Shown: positions 11,411 through 24,450, numbered from the stretch's first letter. The stretch: 64,000 bases of DNA from Octopus sinensis (GCF_006345805.1 NC_043013.1:29636001-29700000), one strand, 5' to 3'. Made by a program: numbers and translations. Notes: a model not told the origin generated them from the sequence alone.

Positions 11411-11881
11411 CGAGAAATAAGCAACAAGAATGGATTAGTTTTTAGTATAATTGTTTCATACAAAGACAGGCTTTATTAAAAGTTGCAAAAATTGCAGCAG
11501 ATAAAAGTGTCCCATTCATCGTCTGTGAGTATGAAATTCCTCCTCATATCTCTGGAAATTTACATCTACACTACGGATTAATTCACCTTCTCTGTGAAGC
11601 TAATAAGCTTTTTTTTTTTAAAAACCTGTGATAAGACTGTGCATCATCATTAAAGAACTTCGGAAATCTGCTTACAACCTAAATCTGCTTTTAATGAAAT
11701 TATCTCCAATACTTCATGAGTGTAGCCTCACCCACTAAGATGTTTGGAGAACTCATATGCATTTTAGCTGATGAGTATGGGACACTTTTATCTGCTGCAA
11801 TTTTTGCAACTTTTAATAAAGCCTGTCTTTGTATGAAACAATTGTACTAAAAACTAATCCATTCTTGTTGCTTATTTCTCG
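11411..11881. repeat. Foldback element: about 110-bp near-perfect inverted arms with a 250-bp spacer
   Basis: 11411-11520 is the reverse complement of 11770-11881. A more diverged inverted relative lies at 13120-13290. Confidence 0.9.
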
Positions 11882-11890
11882 TATATATAT

Positions 11891-11967
<77 letters not shown>

Positions 11968-11969
<2 letters not shown>

Positions 11970-12130
11970 GGAGTGGTTGGCGTTAGGAAGGGCATCCAGC
12001 TGTAGAAACATTGCCAAATTAGACTGGAGCCTGGTGCAGCCTTCTGGCTTCCCAGAACCCCGGTCGAACCGTCCAACCCATGCTAGCATGGAGAACGGAC
12101 GTTAAACGACGATGATGATGATGATGATGA
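11968..12130 (+). mobile_element. RTE-type LINE 3' tail (family C)
   Basis: GGAGTGGTTGGCGTTAGGAAGGGCATCCAGCTG...GGACGTTAAACGACGATGATG. Confidence 0.85.
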
Positions 12131-12149
12131 TATGTGTGTGTGTGTGTGT

Positions 12150-12480
12150 GTATAATAATATATATATATGCATATATACATACATATATGTACATACCTA
12201 CATATATATGTATATATACATGCATATATGGGTACAGGACGTCAAAACAAAATGAACAAAATGAAAAATGAGAACATAAGAAAACAAAAACATGGAAAAC
12301 AAGCATTTTTTTGAACGACAAATGGAACAAATAGAGAAACAAGATAGGCAACATAAGGAACATTACCTTCATCAGTTGTCCCCTGTTTTATGTACTCCGA
12401 ATTTCGAAGGTTGGGACAAGATGTGACTTCATTAAAACAGTCCTACCCGCAAAGCAAATTAAATAAAATTTGTGATTTTT
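12150..12480. repeat. (TA)n-anchored dispersed repeat; inverted copy at 14760-14990, related pieces at 16250-16430 and 17640-17820
   Basis: Shared ATGCATATATGG(G/A)TACAGGAC(G/A) motif; the 12150 and 14760 copies also carry a CTGA(T/A)GAAGG-loop-CCT hairpin. Confidence 0.7.
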
Positions 12481-12645
12481 GTGGAGGGTGAAAGTGGCAA
12501 CAAAAACAGGACAGTGAGAACAAAACAGTAAAAATAAACGATGAGGGCTGTTAAGCCATAATTAAGTAAAGTGGTGAATGCTGGAGAAAGGAGCTAAGAC
12601 AGGAGACAGGCAAAAGTAGATCTTATCTCTTGTAAAGCAAGAGGC

Positions 12646-12676
<31 letters not shown>

Positions 12677-13377
12677 ATATATATACATATGTGTATATAT
12701 ATGTATATATATATATATATTATATATATATAATATATATATATATATATACACATATATATACATTTATATATATATATATATGTATGTATATGTACAT
12801 ATATATTATAATATATATATATATATATACGCATACATATGCATATATATATAATCATTGTCTCTATTCAAAAAAGAATAAAAAAAACCCACTGATTGAT
12901 CTAAATAACAAAGTGAACTTAGTGATAAATTCTATAGACGGAGAATGAACATACTACTATCATGTTCTTAATGATGAAATTAACCTCTCTGTCTAGATGT
13001 CTACCCTCTTTGTAATGTTGGCAAATGAAATAAGTATAAGAATGTGCATTGTCCATTTAATTGAAAAATTCTATATGTGGCTGAAGATTGCTCAACATTT
13101 TAAAACTGATGTAATACTTGCAGGGTTTAATAAAATGAAGTAGCATGAAACAATTGTACTACTCTACCTTGGATATCCTTGTTGCTTATTTTGATTATAA
13201 TCACCCCATTTGATTTATATGGATAATACCATACAAAATTCTGGTGCCTTTAACTTAAGTACCATATTCATCTGAATCTAAATTTTGCTGAACTTATATT
13301 TATATATATATATATATAGTATTGTTGGCGATTTTTTCCCTCAGTCTTCCTTTTTTCTTGGCTTTCCTCTGTCTCCT

Positions 13378-13412
13378 GTTTCTGAAGAAGAGCTTTGCTC
13401 AAAATATAGAAC
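13378..13412 (+). ncRNA. Decayed minimal type I hammerhead ribozyme
   Basis: GTTT-CTGAAGA-A-GAGC-TTT-GCTC-AAAAT-AT-A-GAAC. The core becomes canonical (GAAAC GT A) if two CpG decay events are reverted. Confidence 0.5.
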
Positions 13413-14634
13413 AACCTTTCTTTCCTTCCCTGAGTGTCATTTAATACTTTGCATGTACCACATCTTCCTGTTTTTTTTCTCGTGTTTTTTTCTTCGTTTT
13501 TTTTTTAAAATTAATTATATGAGATGCATTTTTTATTGATGATCAAATCAAGTACATCATATAAAAAAATTATTTTTTATTTGGTGAATTGTTTAAAATT
13601 AACATTTAAGATTTGGCTCATAAAGAATATATGTTGACTCCCTCATCCTGGTGTTCTTATTAAAATACCTTGAATCAATTGGATCCTGCAAATAAATGAT
13701 AATATACCACACACTCTCTCTCTTTCTCTCCCCTCTACAGACTTAAACATACACACATGTGCAGGCACACACACAATATATATATTCTAAAAATGCTTGG
13801 ATTCTTTCCATGCATGTTGGAGATGAGGAACTATCTTTTTTTTTTTACTCTATTTTCCATAACAATTCATTTCTACACAAATTGCTTCTAAAGATTAAAT
13901 AAAAACTAAAATAATCTAATAGTTTCATTTCTTTGGAAAGACTGTAGCTAGGTCATGTCTCTTCCTATAAATAATCAAGAAAAACAGTTTTCAAATTCTT
14001 ACTACATTCAGGTACAAATTCATTTTTTTTTTTTTCAATTTCTGTTGGAATTCTTGTAAGAATTGCTTTACTTTCGGAAACAAAAATATCCAATTCATAA
14101 ACACACATGTCCTTTTTATGTTCAGTTTATATTTTGCTAGATTTTTCTATGTCTTCTTTAAAAAAATCCTGCTATTTCAAATTGTCTGCTTGTTAACAAT
14201 GAAACTGGTATCCGTTTTTTTTGTTCATTGTGAAAAATTTCAGAAAATTGATATGGAAGAAAAATGGAAGAAAAAAAAAAAATCTGCAAAATAATGTTGG
14301 ACAGTGTAACGCAATTGTTTATATAATGAAATCATGTGTTTTCACGAATGTATAAATGAGATTTGCACTGAAATTCACATTTAGATGTGAATAAGTCTTT
14401 TCAGATGACTTTGAGCCAGAAAAATATTTTTGGGCATCTTCAGGCATGTTATTAATGAAAGGATTAAAATGTTTATCCAATCTTAACCTATATTCTGTGC
14501 AGTGGCTCCATTAAAAATGTAAATTTTATCAAATGTCTGGGCAGGACTTCTATATACTATATTCTTATATATATATATAGATATATATTATATCTATATA
14601 TATATATATGTGTGATGTATATATATATATACAC

Positions 14635-14684
<50 letters not shown>

Positions 14685-14696
14685 ATATACACATAT

Positions 14697-14744
<48 letters not shown>

Positions 14745-14991
14745 ATGCGGAGTAGATGAACAGAGGCGACTGAAGAAGGGGAATTTTCCTTGTGTTGTAT
14801 GTCTTGTACTATTTTTTTTCGTTGTTTAAGAAAAATGTCCATTTCCTTGGTTTTGTCTATATGTTTTCGTTTCTCATTGTGTTCGACGTTTTTTGGTGTC
14901 CTGTACCCATATATGCATGTACATATACATATAGATGTAGGTACGTACATATATGTATGTATATATGCATATGTTTTAGTTATTATTTTGT

Positions 14992-15033
<42 letters not shown>

Positions 15034-15406
15034 TTAAAAAGTAAAAAGTAAAAGAGTAAGTACGGTTAGGCAGCTTTTTAATCACCACAAGTGTTTTGAT
15101 ACATACAGATCCTTGTATATACAGGATTTAAAGTTAAGTTTAAATTAAATTATGTAACGATTTACCTGTATAAGAAGATCTATATGTATATCCTCAGGCA
15201 ATACTCAGTTGCTGTCTCTGTAAGTAAATCTAGATTTCCATGCTACAATAGAAGAATACTGCCAGCTATTTGGGAATTCTAAGGGTGAATGAGTTCTATT
15301 TGTACTCTTATGCGTTCTTAACAGAACACACCTCAACTGACTATATATATATGTGTGTGTGTGTATGTATATGTATATATCTATATCTATACATACATAC
15401 ATAATA

Positions 15407-15437
<31 letters not shown>

Positions 15438-15529
15438 GATATATATTATATATATATTAATAATGGGTAAAATAAATAAAAAATTATCAGTGGCCAGCAT
15501 ATGAAAATAGACTGATGAAGGTGGAATCC

Positions 15530-15980
15530 TATGTAATTATAATTAAGGGCATAAAAAAAAAATTTTTTTAAGCCTATATGCTGAAGATTGATGCTAAATT
15601 GTCACACTACTTTAAAAATCTCAAAAATTCACCCACTGAAAATGAGGGAGCCAGCTAACAGAAATTAATAACAAAATAGTTAGCTCTGAATTAGCTCATT
15701 TCTGGATCTGCCCCATGGCTTTACCTCATCAGCAGAGCATACATAAAGGAAATAAATGAGATATCTCATTTATTTCCTCTGCTGATGCGATAAAGCCATG
15801 GGGCAGATCCAGGAATGAGGTAATCCAGAGCTATTTTGTTATTAATTTCTGTTAGCTTGCTCTCTTGCTTTTGACATGTGTATTTTTGTGGTTTTTAATG
15901 TGGTGTGATGTTTGTATCTATCTTCAGGATGTAGCATTGAAAAAATATTTTTCTATGCCCTTAATTATAATCATATATAT
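15530..15980. repeat. Long imperfect palindrome (repeated at about 16915-17365)
   Basis: Loopless centre GAGAT|ATCTC at 15762/15763; inner arms 15654-15856 highly complementary; outer arms more diverged. Confidence 0.9.
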
Positions 15981-16436
15981 GTATGTTATATATATATGAA
16001 TAGCTAACCGCGAAAACCAATTGGTTCGTTTCAGTCTCTTACCTTATTATATTATTAACTTCTTATAATCATCAATAATAATGACCTTTTTGACTAGAAA
16101 TACTCTAAATGTATATATTTGTCACTACCTGTCATAAATAGCCTTTTTATATCTACAATATGCATATTCGTTGATTTTTCATATTTTATCCTTACATTTC
16201 CACGTGTATTTTATATTTTTTTTCGAAACATATTTCTACTATATATATATATATACGTACATGCACTCATACATGCATATATGGATACAGGACATCACAA
16301 ATTGTAAACAACATGAAATACGAAAGCAAAAGAGCTGAATACATAAACAATGAGAGAAGCAAATGGATATGCATATATATATGTGTATGCATGTACATGT
16401 ACATATATATGCATATTTATATTATATATATATATA

Positions 16437-16770
16437 TCATCATCGTTTAACGTCCGCTTTCCATGCTAGCATGGGTTGGACGGTTCAACTGGGGTCTGGG
16501 AAGCCAGAAGGCTGCACCAGGCCCAGTCTGATCTGGCAGTGTTTCTACAGCTGGATGCCCTTCCTAACGCCAACCACTCTGTGAGTGGAGTGGGTGCTTT
16601 TTACGGGCCACCGGCACAGGTACCAGACGAGGCTGGCAAATGGCCACAATTGGATGGTACTTTTTACGAGCCACCGGCATGGAGGCCAGACGAGGCTGGC
16701 AATGGCTACGATCGGATGGTGCTTTTTATGTGCCACCGGCACGGAGGCCAGACAGGGCGGCGCTGGCTAT
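16437..16770 (-). mobile_element. RTE-type LINE 3' tail (family C); duplicate at 17822-18152
   Basis: CATCAT..CGTTTAACGTCCGCTTTCCATGCTAGC start followed by internal repeat units. Confidence 0.85.
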
Positions 16771-16804
16771 GTATATATATATATATATATTATTATATAT
16801 GTAT

Positions 16805-16840
<36 letters not shown>

Positions 16841-18188
16841 ATATAATAATGGTAAAATAAATAAAAAATTATCAGTGGCCAGCATATGAAAATAGACTGA
16901 TGAAGGTGGAATCCTATGTAATTATAATTAAGGGCATAAAAAAAAAATTTTTTTAAGCCTATACTGAAGATTGAATGCTAAATTGTCACACTACTTTAAA
17001 AATCTCAAAAATTCACCCACTGAAAATGAGGAGCCAGCTAACAGAAATTAATAACAAAATAGTTAGCTCTGAATTAGCTCATTTCTGGATCGGCCCATGG
17101 CTTTACCTCATCAGCAGAGCATACATAAAGGAAATAAATGAGATATCTCATTTATTTCCTCTGCTGATGCGATAAAGCCATGGGGCAGATCCAGGAATGA
17201 GGTAATCCAGAGCTATTTTGTTATTAATTTCTGTTAGCTTGCTCTCTTGCTTTTGACATGTGTATTTTTGTGGTTTTTAATGTGGTGTGATGATTTTGTA
17301 TCTATCTTCAGGATGTAGCATTGAAAAAATATTTTTCTATGCCCTTAATTATAATCATATATATGTATGTTTATATATATATGAATAGCTAACGCGAAAA
17401 CCAATTGGTTCGTTTCAGTCTCTTACCTTATTATTATTATTAACTTCTTATAATCATCAATAATAATGACCTTTTTGACTAGAAATACTCTAAATGTATA
17501 TATTTGTCACTACCTGTCATAAATAGCCTTTTTATATCTACAATATGCATATTCGTTGATTTTTCATATTTTATCCTTACATTTCCACGTGTATTTTATA
17601 TTTTTTTTCGAAACATATTCTCTACTATATATATATATATACGTACATGCACTCACTACATGCATATATGGATACAGGACATCAACAAATTGTAACAACA
17701 TGAAATACGAAAGCAAAAGAGCTGAATACATAAACAATGAGAGAAGCAAAAAGGATATGCATATATATATGTGTATGCATGTACATGTACATATATATGC
17801 ATATTTATATTATATATATATATCATCATCGTTTAACGTCCGCTTTCCATGCTAGCATGGGTTGGACGGTTAACTGGGGTCTGGGAAGCCAGAAGGCTGC
17901 ACCAGGCCCAGTCTGATCTGGCAGTGTTTCTACAGCTGGATGCCCTTCCTAACGCAACCACTCTGTGAGTGGAGTGGGTGCTTTTTACGGGCCACCGGCA
18001 CAGGTACCAACGAGGCTGGCAAATGGCCACAATGGAGATGGTACTTTTTACGAGCCACCGGCATGGAGGCCAGAAGAGGCTGGCAATGGCTACGATCGGA
18101 TGGTGCTTTTTATGTGCCACCGGCACGGAGGCCAGACAGGCGGCGCTGGCTATGTATATATATATATATATATTATTTATATATGTAT

Positions 18189-18232
<44 letters not shown>

Positions 18233-18254
18233 TATATATATAATAATATATATG

Positions 18255-18695
18255 GCAACCGTGTCGGTGGCACGTAAAAGCACCATCCGTTCGCGTCCGT
18301 TGCCAGCCTCGGCTGGCCCCCGTGCGGTGACACGTAAAAGCACCGTCCGTTCGTGGCCGGTTGCCAGCTCTGTCTGGCCCCGTGTCGGTGGCACGTAAAA
18401 GCACCATCCATTCGTGTCCGTTGCCAGCATCGCCTGGCCCCGTTGCCGGTGACACGTAAAAGCACCATCCGTTCGTGGCCGTTCGCCAGCTCTGTCTGGC
18501 ACCTGTGCAGGTGGCACATAAAAAACACCCACTACACTCGCGGAGTGGTTGGCGCTAGGAAGGGCATCCAGCGTAGAAACACTGCCAGATCTGACTGGGC
18601 CTGACGAAGCCTTCCAGCTTCACAGACCCAGTTGACCCGTCCAACCCATGCTAGCATGGAAAACGGACGCTAAATGATGATGATGATGATGATGA
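18255..18695 (+). mobile_element. RTE-type LINE 3' tail with about 4-5 minisatellite units
   Basis: Repeated CACGTAAAAGCACCATCCGTTCGTGGCCGTTGCCAGC units, family C core and (GAT)n tail. Confidence 0.85.
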
Positions 18696-19135
<440 letters not shown>

Positions 19136-19140
19136 CAGTT

Positions 19141-19550
19141 ATATATATCTGGAAAATGCTAGAAAAAAGTGTGCCAAATTTTGGGATTGTCAGTTATATA
19201 ACAGCAGGATAAGGCACCACTGCATAGTACCAAAACCCCAACATTGCCATCAGGATACAGAACCAGATACTGCAACAGCTTGGGCTTCAAAGTTCCGAAG
19301 CTCTTCAATATCCTCCAACAAAGCCTGAGAGACCTGCATGGCGTAGATGCAGACTTTTTCAAAGCAAAACTGAATCTTTTTCTCTCAAGAGTTTCAGATG
19401 AACCTATCTCTAGGCAAGAAACACGGGCGAGGGCTGAAATTTCAAACTCCCTCATCCACCAAATGTCATACATTAGAGGAAGTTTAGTAAAAGTGTAGCA
19501 AAGTAAATGGCAGTGTCCCAGCATGGCCACAGTCCTTGGACCGGAACTTA
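19141..19550 (+). mobile_element. CR1-type LINE 3' fragment (RT C-terminus and tail)
   Basis: IYIWKMLEKSVPNFGI (frameshift) PSGYRTRYCNSLGFKVPKLFNIL..LRDLHGVDADFFKAKLNLFLSRVSDEP..RARAEISNSLIHQ is typical of CR1-group ORF2 ends. Tail GGCAGTGTCCCAGCATGGCCACAG. Confidence 0.75.
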
Positions 19551-19824
19551 AAAATATATTTGTGTGTGTGATTATGTAATATACCATGAAAATTCTGTGT
19601 ATGAATTTTCCTTAAAACTTTAATTGAACCCTTTTATTGGGTATTGACTGGCATTAAAGAGAAAGTGTGCATGCTTCTGATTGCACTGATGCTGATGAAA
19701 CCTAACAAGGCTGAAATTACGATCACTTAATTTTAAAATCCATATGTTCTCTGTAAGGGGGTAGTATTATAAAATCATTTTATAGCAAGCTAAAAAGTAC
19801 TCATCACCATATTTATTCCAATTC

Positions 19825-19948
19825 TTAACCTTTTAACATTTAGGACATTGCATTTTCTCTAGAATTGTTTCCCCTGCCACTGCCCTGTTACTACAGGGAA
19901 GAAAACTCATAGAATGACATGATGCATCTACAGTGTGCTAAAGGTTAA
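19825..19948. mobile_element. Small piggyBac-type MITE
   Basis: TTAA|CCTTTTAACA ... TGCTAAAGG|TTAA. Confidence 0.55.
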
Positions 19949-20889
19949 TTTATGTTGCACTTGGAAGAATGTGGTTGTTGAAGCTTAGTTCTGAGTTAAA
20001 CAGACCCATAATCAAAGACATTCCAGCAGTGGCTAACCTATCTATTTTGTGGTAGGCTGTGCATTGAAAGATATTTGGCTGCTATTTTTAGCGAGCCTGT
20101 CGACCACATAGAGCCTAGTTCATTGACTAGTGTGAGTAGTGAGGGACTGTGTAGTAGTCTTGTAGTCAGGTATGAATATTGAGACCGGAGAGAAGTTAAA
20201 TGTTTTGAGTATGGAGTGTTGTATTATTGTATGTGGAATATGGAGGTGAAGCGAGTGTATATGGTGGCTATCGGATGTGAGTTGACAATAAATACTGACT
20301 GAGAAAAGGCTGGATGATAAATACATATGTATATATAGACAACAGAGGGTACCTTAGAATGATTTGAGAAGAAGCAGGTTGCATTCGGGTCTCTAGACAA
20401 TGAGAGCTATGATAAGTGATATGCTATAGTGCAATCTTACCAAACACATACCAGCATTAGAAAAACAAAACAAAAAAAAACTTTAAAATACCAGAAAGAT
20501 GCTAAAATGATGGTGACAGTGATGATGATGATAATCTTGATGATATCATTATCATCATCATCAGCAGCAGCAGCAACAACTTCACTTTAATGATGTTTTT
20601 TTTTTATTGGCAGGAGTTGAACAAGCTTGTAAATGTAACTTCTGATAATTATACTCTCTATGTCTCTCTCTCTCTCTGTTTCTTTCAATCTTACTCATAT
20701 GCACAGACCCCCCCCACACACACATACACACATATCTCTTGGGCTGGTCTTTTTATAAATTTTCTGAAAGAAATACTTGAATCTTGTGATCAGCAATGTA
20801 TAAAATGTGCTTAGCTCCATAAATTGGAATCAGGTTAAAAAGCAATACACAAGGGATGGAGAAGTATCGAGATTGCCTCTGTAATGTTG

Positions 20890-21610
20890 ATGATTATTTA
20901 GCTTTTAATGATTGTAGAAAAGAATGATTGTGGAACAGATGTTGATTATTATTGTTGTTGTTGTGTTGTTGTTGTGTTGTTATTATTGTTATCATTATTG
21001 TGATGATGATGTGGACGATGGTCATGATTGTCATGATGATAATGTTGATTATGATCATGAGCATTATGACTACCATGATGATGGTGATGATGATGATGGT
21101 AACAACAGTGATGATAATGAGGATAATGATGATTATGATCAAGATCATTATGGTAGCTATCATCTGTTATCATTATCATCATCATCAAAATCACCATCAT
21201 TGTTTTTTTGTCGTTGTCATCATCGTCGTCGTTGTCGTCATCCTCCACCTCCTCCTCGCCCTCCTCCTCCTCCTCCTTGTCCTCATCCTCCTCTCCTCCT
21301 TGTCCTTCTTGCCCTCCTTCTCATTGTCATCGTCATCGTCATCCTCCTCCTCACTGTCCTCATCCTCCTCCTTGTCCTCTTCCCTGTTCTCCTCCTTGCC
21401 CTCCTCCTCCTCCTCTTCCTCGTTATCATCGTCGTTGTCATCGTCATCATCATCGTCATCCTCTTCCTCACCACCACCACCACCACCATCATTGACACCA
21501 AACTTTGTTGTTGTTATCTTCATGATCATCACTATCATCATTTTCATCATCATCATCATCAGCATTATCATCATCATATCTTTATCCTTCTCTTTATCGT
21601 CATCATCTAA
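20890..21610. repeat. Compound trinucleotide low-complexity tract (GAT/CAT/CCT/GTT)
   Basis: Direct inspection; explains several spurious ORFs. Confidence 0.95.
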
Positions 21611-22302
21611 CTTGTTTTAAAAGTTCAATAACTTTATAGCTTTCCACTGCTTTCAATGCGACATCAATGAATTACTTTACTAGTCTTCCTTTGAAATAAA
21701 TACTAGTGCACAGCTTATCATGTTTTACGAAATTCTTATGGGATTTAATCAGATTAAAGAGTTGAAATGAAATGTAGATGTTCTTTCGGTTATTTTTTTT
21801 CGTTTTTTTTTTATTACTCTCTCACCTCCACCTCTTTCGTTCCCACTCCCCCTCTCCTCCTCCTCCACCCTCTCTATATCAACTCTCCGTTTCAGATTCC
21901 TCTAGAAAATTTGATTGAAACTTGGAAACTAAGTAAATAGGAATAAAAGTAAAATGAATAAATAAATAAGTAATGAAATAAAAGAATAAATAAATAAATA
22001 ACAAAAAAAGAAAAAAAGGCTGTAAATTTGATGGTTGAATGTTGAATGCGAATTAGAGTGGAGAACATTCTAAGGAAGAACTTAATGCTTTGCTGTGGTT
22101 TTCCTCATTTTTCTTTTCTTTTTTGTTTTTTTTGTTCTTGTAAAGTAGATTATCTTTTGGTATATATTCTAAATGATATTACATCACTTGTGCAGTTGTT
22201 GCGTAATTTTTCCTTGCACAGCGTGAATGGAGCTCATCTGAAGTCGTGTATGTGTATGTTCATGCATGCATATATACATACATATATACATGTATGTGTG
22301 TG

Positions 22303-22361
<59 letters not shown>

Positions 22362-22604
22362 AAAAGGAAGCAAAAAACTGAACAAAAGTGTAACAGGTGA
22401 CAACAAAACATCCAGACAGTTAGACGATACCAAAAAGAACAGGAAAAGTCAAGGACAAGTCATTCAGAGCTTCTTATCCTCAGTCAAGTTCCAGATCATC
22501 TTTGCAGTTGTGGTTGGTTACACTGGAGGCTGCTCCAATCTGGCCAGCTCCGAGAAAAATCTAAGCTAAGAGCACTAGACTCCTTGGAAGAAAGCAAGTG
22601 AATG

Positions 22605-22649
<45 letters not shown>

Positions 22650-22679
22650 ATATATATATTTATATATATATATATACTG

Positions 22680-22895
22680 TGTTGTGCCACCTGACCTGTG
22701 CTTCTGCCATGTAAAAAGCATTCAGTCCACTCTGCAGGGTGGTTGGTGTTTGGAAGGGCATCCAGTTGTAAAAATCCTGCCAAATCAGACACAGAAGTCT
22801 GGTGTAGTCTTCTGCTTGGTCAGCTCCTGTCAAACCGTCCAACCCATGCCATTATGGAAAGTGGATGTTAAATGATGATGATGATGATGGTGATG
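22680..22895 (+). mobile_element. Diverged RTE-type LINE 3' tail
   Basis: GGTTGGTGTTTGGAAGGGCATCCAGTTGTAAAA...GGATGTTAAATGATGATG. Confidence 0.75.
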
Positions 22896-23174
22896 TGCTT
22901 CCAAGACGTTTCTGTCTCCCAAATTCACTCACAAGGCACTGGTTGGCCCAGGTTGACAACAGAAGATTTTTACCTAAGGTGCCCACGTAGCGAGATAGAA
23001 TTTGAGATGATGTGGTAGTAGATGTGGTAATAATATGCATTCCATATGCATACAGAGACACACAGAGACACACACAGAGGCACACACACACACACACATG
23101 CATATCCATTGCTGTAGAACTTTATAGCATACAAAACAGGCCAAGAAATGTAATGATAGTGAAACATCAATTTG

Positions 23175-23612
23175 TGACCCCCTTCGGTCATGAATGACCA
23201 TGGGATTGCACCTAGAAAGTTACCCTCTGAGTCACAAGTCTGGGCAAGGTTGTTTATGGAAGACCAGCAGTCACCCATTCAAACTGGCCTTCTCTCCCCA
23301 AGCCACTGATGTCATCCAAGGGAAAGGCAAAGGCTCTACCCCTCAACGTAGTTCTCGGGCAGATTCAGCTTGACACAGAGTGTGACAAGGCTGGCCCTTT
23401 GAAATACAGGTACAACAGAAACAGAAAGAAAGAGTGAGAGAAAGTTGTGGTGAAAGAGTACAGCAAGGTTCACCACCACACCCTGCCGGAGCCTTGTGGA
23501 GCATTAGGTGTTTTCGCTCAATGAACACTCATAACACCCAGTCTGGGAATTGAAACTGCGATCCTACAACTGCTAGTCTGCTGCCCTAACCACTGGGCCA
23601 TTGCACCTCCAC
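23175..23612 (-). mobile_element. tRNA-derived SINE family E
   Basis: Minus strand starts GGAGGTGCAATGGCCCAGTGGTTAGGGCAGC (A-box-like) with a GCAGTTTCAATTCCC B-box-like motif; homologous to 5724-5870. Confidence 0.75.
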
Positions 23613-23999
23613 TGTGAAACATCAACATGTCATTGGATTTAAGTGACAGATGCTTATACAACACTTTTGCTACTCTCTCTCATAGTAGCTTTTGGTGGCA
23701 AGTATTGCAAGATGACTGGTGCTACAAGGTTTATGTCCTAGAAGAGCTGGCTTCCTCATGGCTTGATCACCAACAGTGGGAGCCTTCTCTACCTTTGAGA
23801 ATACGAACCCGGAACCATGTGGTTGGTAAACAAGCTACTTACCACACAGCCACTCCTGCGCCTATTGGTAAATATGAATCAACTTGTCTAAAAGTGTACT
23901 TCAGTGTTTGTTTTATGGTTTTGTTTTTGTTTATTTCAAAACAGTAGATTTTACATCTATTTTTTGATGCTAGTTTATGAGTCAAGTCAGTTTCACAAA

Positions 24000-24160
24000 T
24001 AGGCACAGGCGTTGCTGTGTGGTTAAGAGTCTCATTTTGCAATCACATTGTTTTTGGTTTCAATCCTACTGCGTGACACATTAGACAAGTGTATTCCACT
24101 TTAGTTCTAGGCTGACCAAATCCTTTTGAGTGGATTAGGTAGGCAGAAACTGAAAGAAGT
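24000..24160 (+). mobile_element. SINE family A 5' half (an opposite-orientation 5' piece at 23780-23875)
   Basis: Diverged GGCACAGGCGTTGCTGTGTGGT..AAACTGAAAGAAG. Confidence 0.65.
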
Positions 24161-24166
24161 CTATTG

Positions 24167-24189
<23 letters not shown>

Positions 24190-24207
<18 letters not shown>

Positions 24208-24450
24208 ACGAGTGAGTTTTTTGTGTTTCCTTGTTTGGACATTGTGCACTAATCGTAAGCAATCTCACCATTGTACATGCAGTGTTGTTTGTTTGCAAGC
24301 TTCCATGTTTGAAGGACTAGTGGAAATACTACACCTTGCTTACAAGCAGGTGAGGTTTGGCAACAGGTAGAGCATCCGACCATAGAAAAATCTTCCTCAT
24401 TGAATTTTGTCTGACCAATGCAGACATGAAAAAGTTGATGTCAAAATGAT
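24190..24450 (+). mobile_element. Retroposon fragment with a sister RTE-type (GAT)n tail
   Basis: CAGGTGAGGTTTGGCAACAGG..GCATCC..ATAGAAAA..GATGTCAAAATGATGATG. A related minus-strand piece lies at 54615-54715. Confidence 0.55.

Larger units (their letters stand above)
15440..18240. repeat. Tandem duplication of an approximately 1385-bp unit bounded by (TA)n tracts
   Basis: CAGTGGCCAGC at 15488 and 16873. The units are near-identical apart from many 1-2-bp indels. Confidence 0.95.

Noticed and set aside
20120-20326. Minus-strand ORF faintly like a LINE C-terminus
   Set aside because: Too diverged to assign.
20894-21620. Long His/Asp/Ser/Pro-rich ORFs (also 25090-25705 and the start of 54341)
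   Set aside because: Trinucleotide-repeat artefacts open in several frames.
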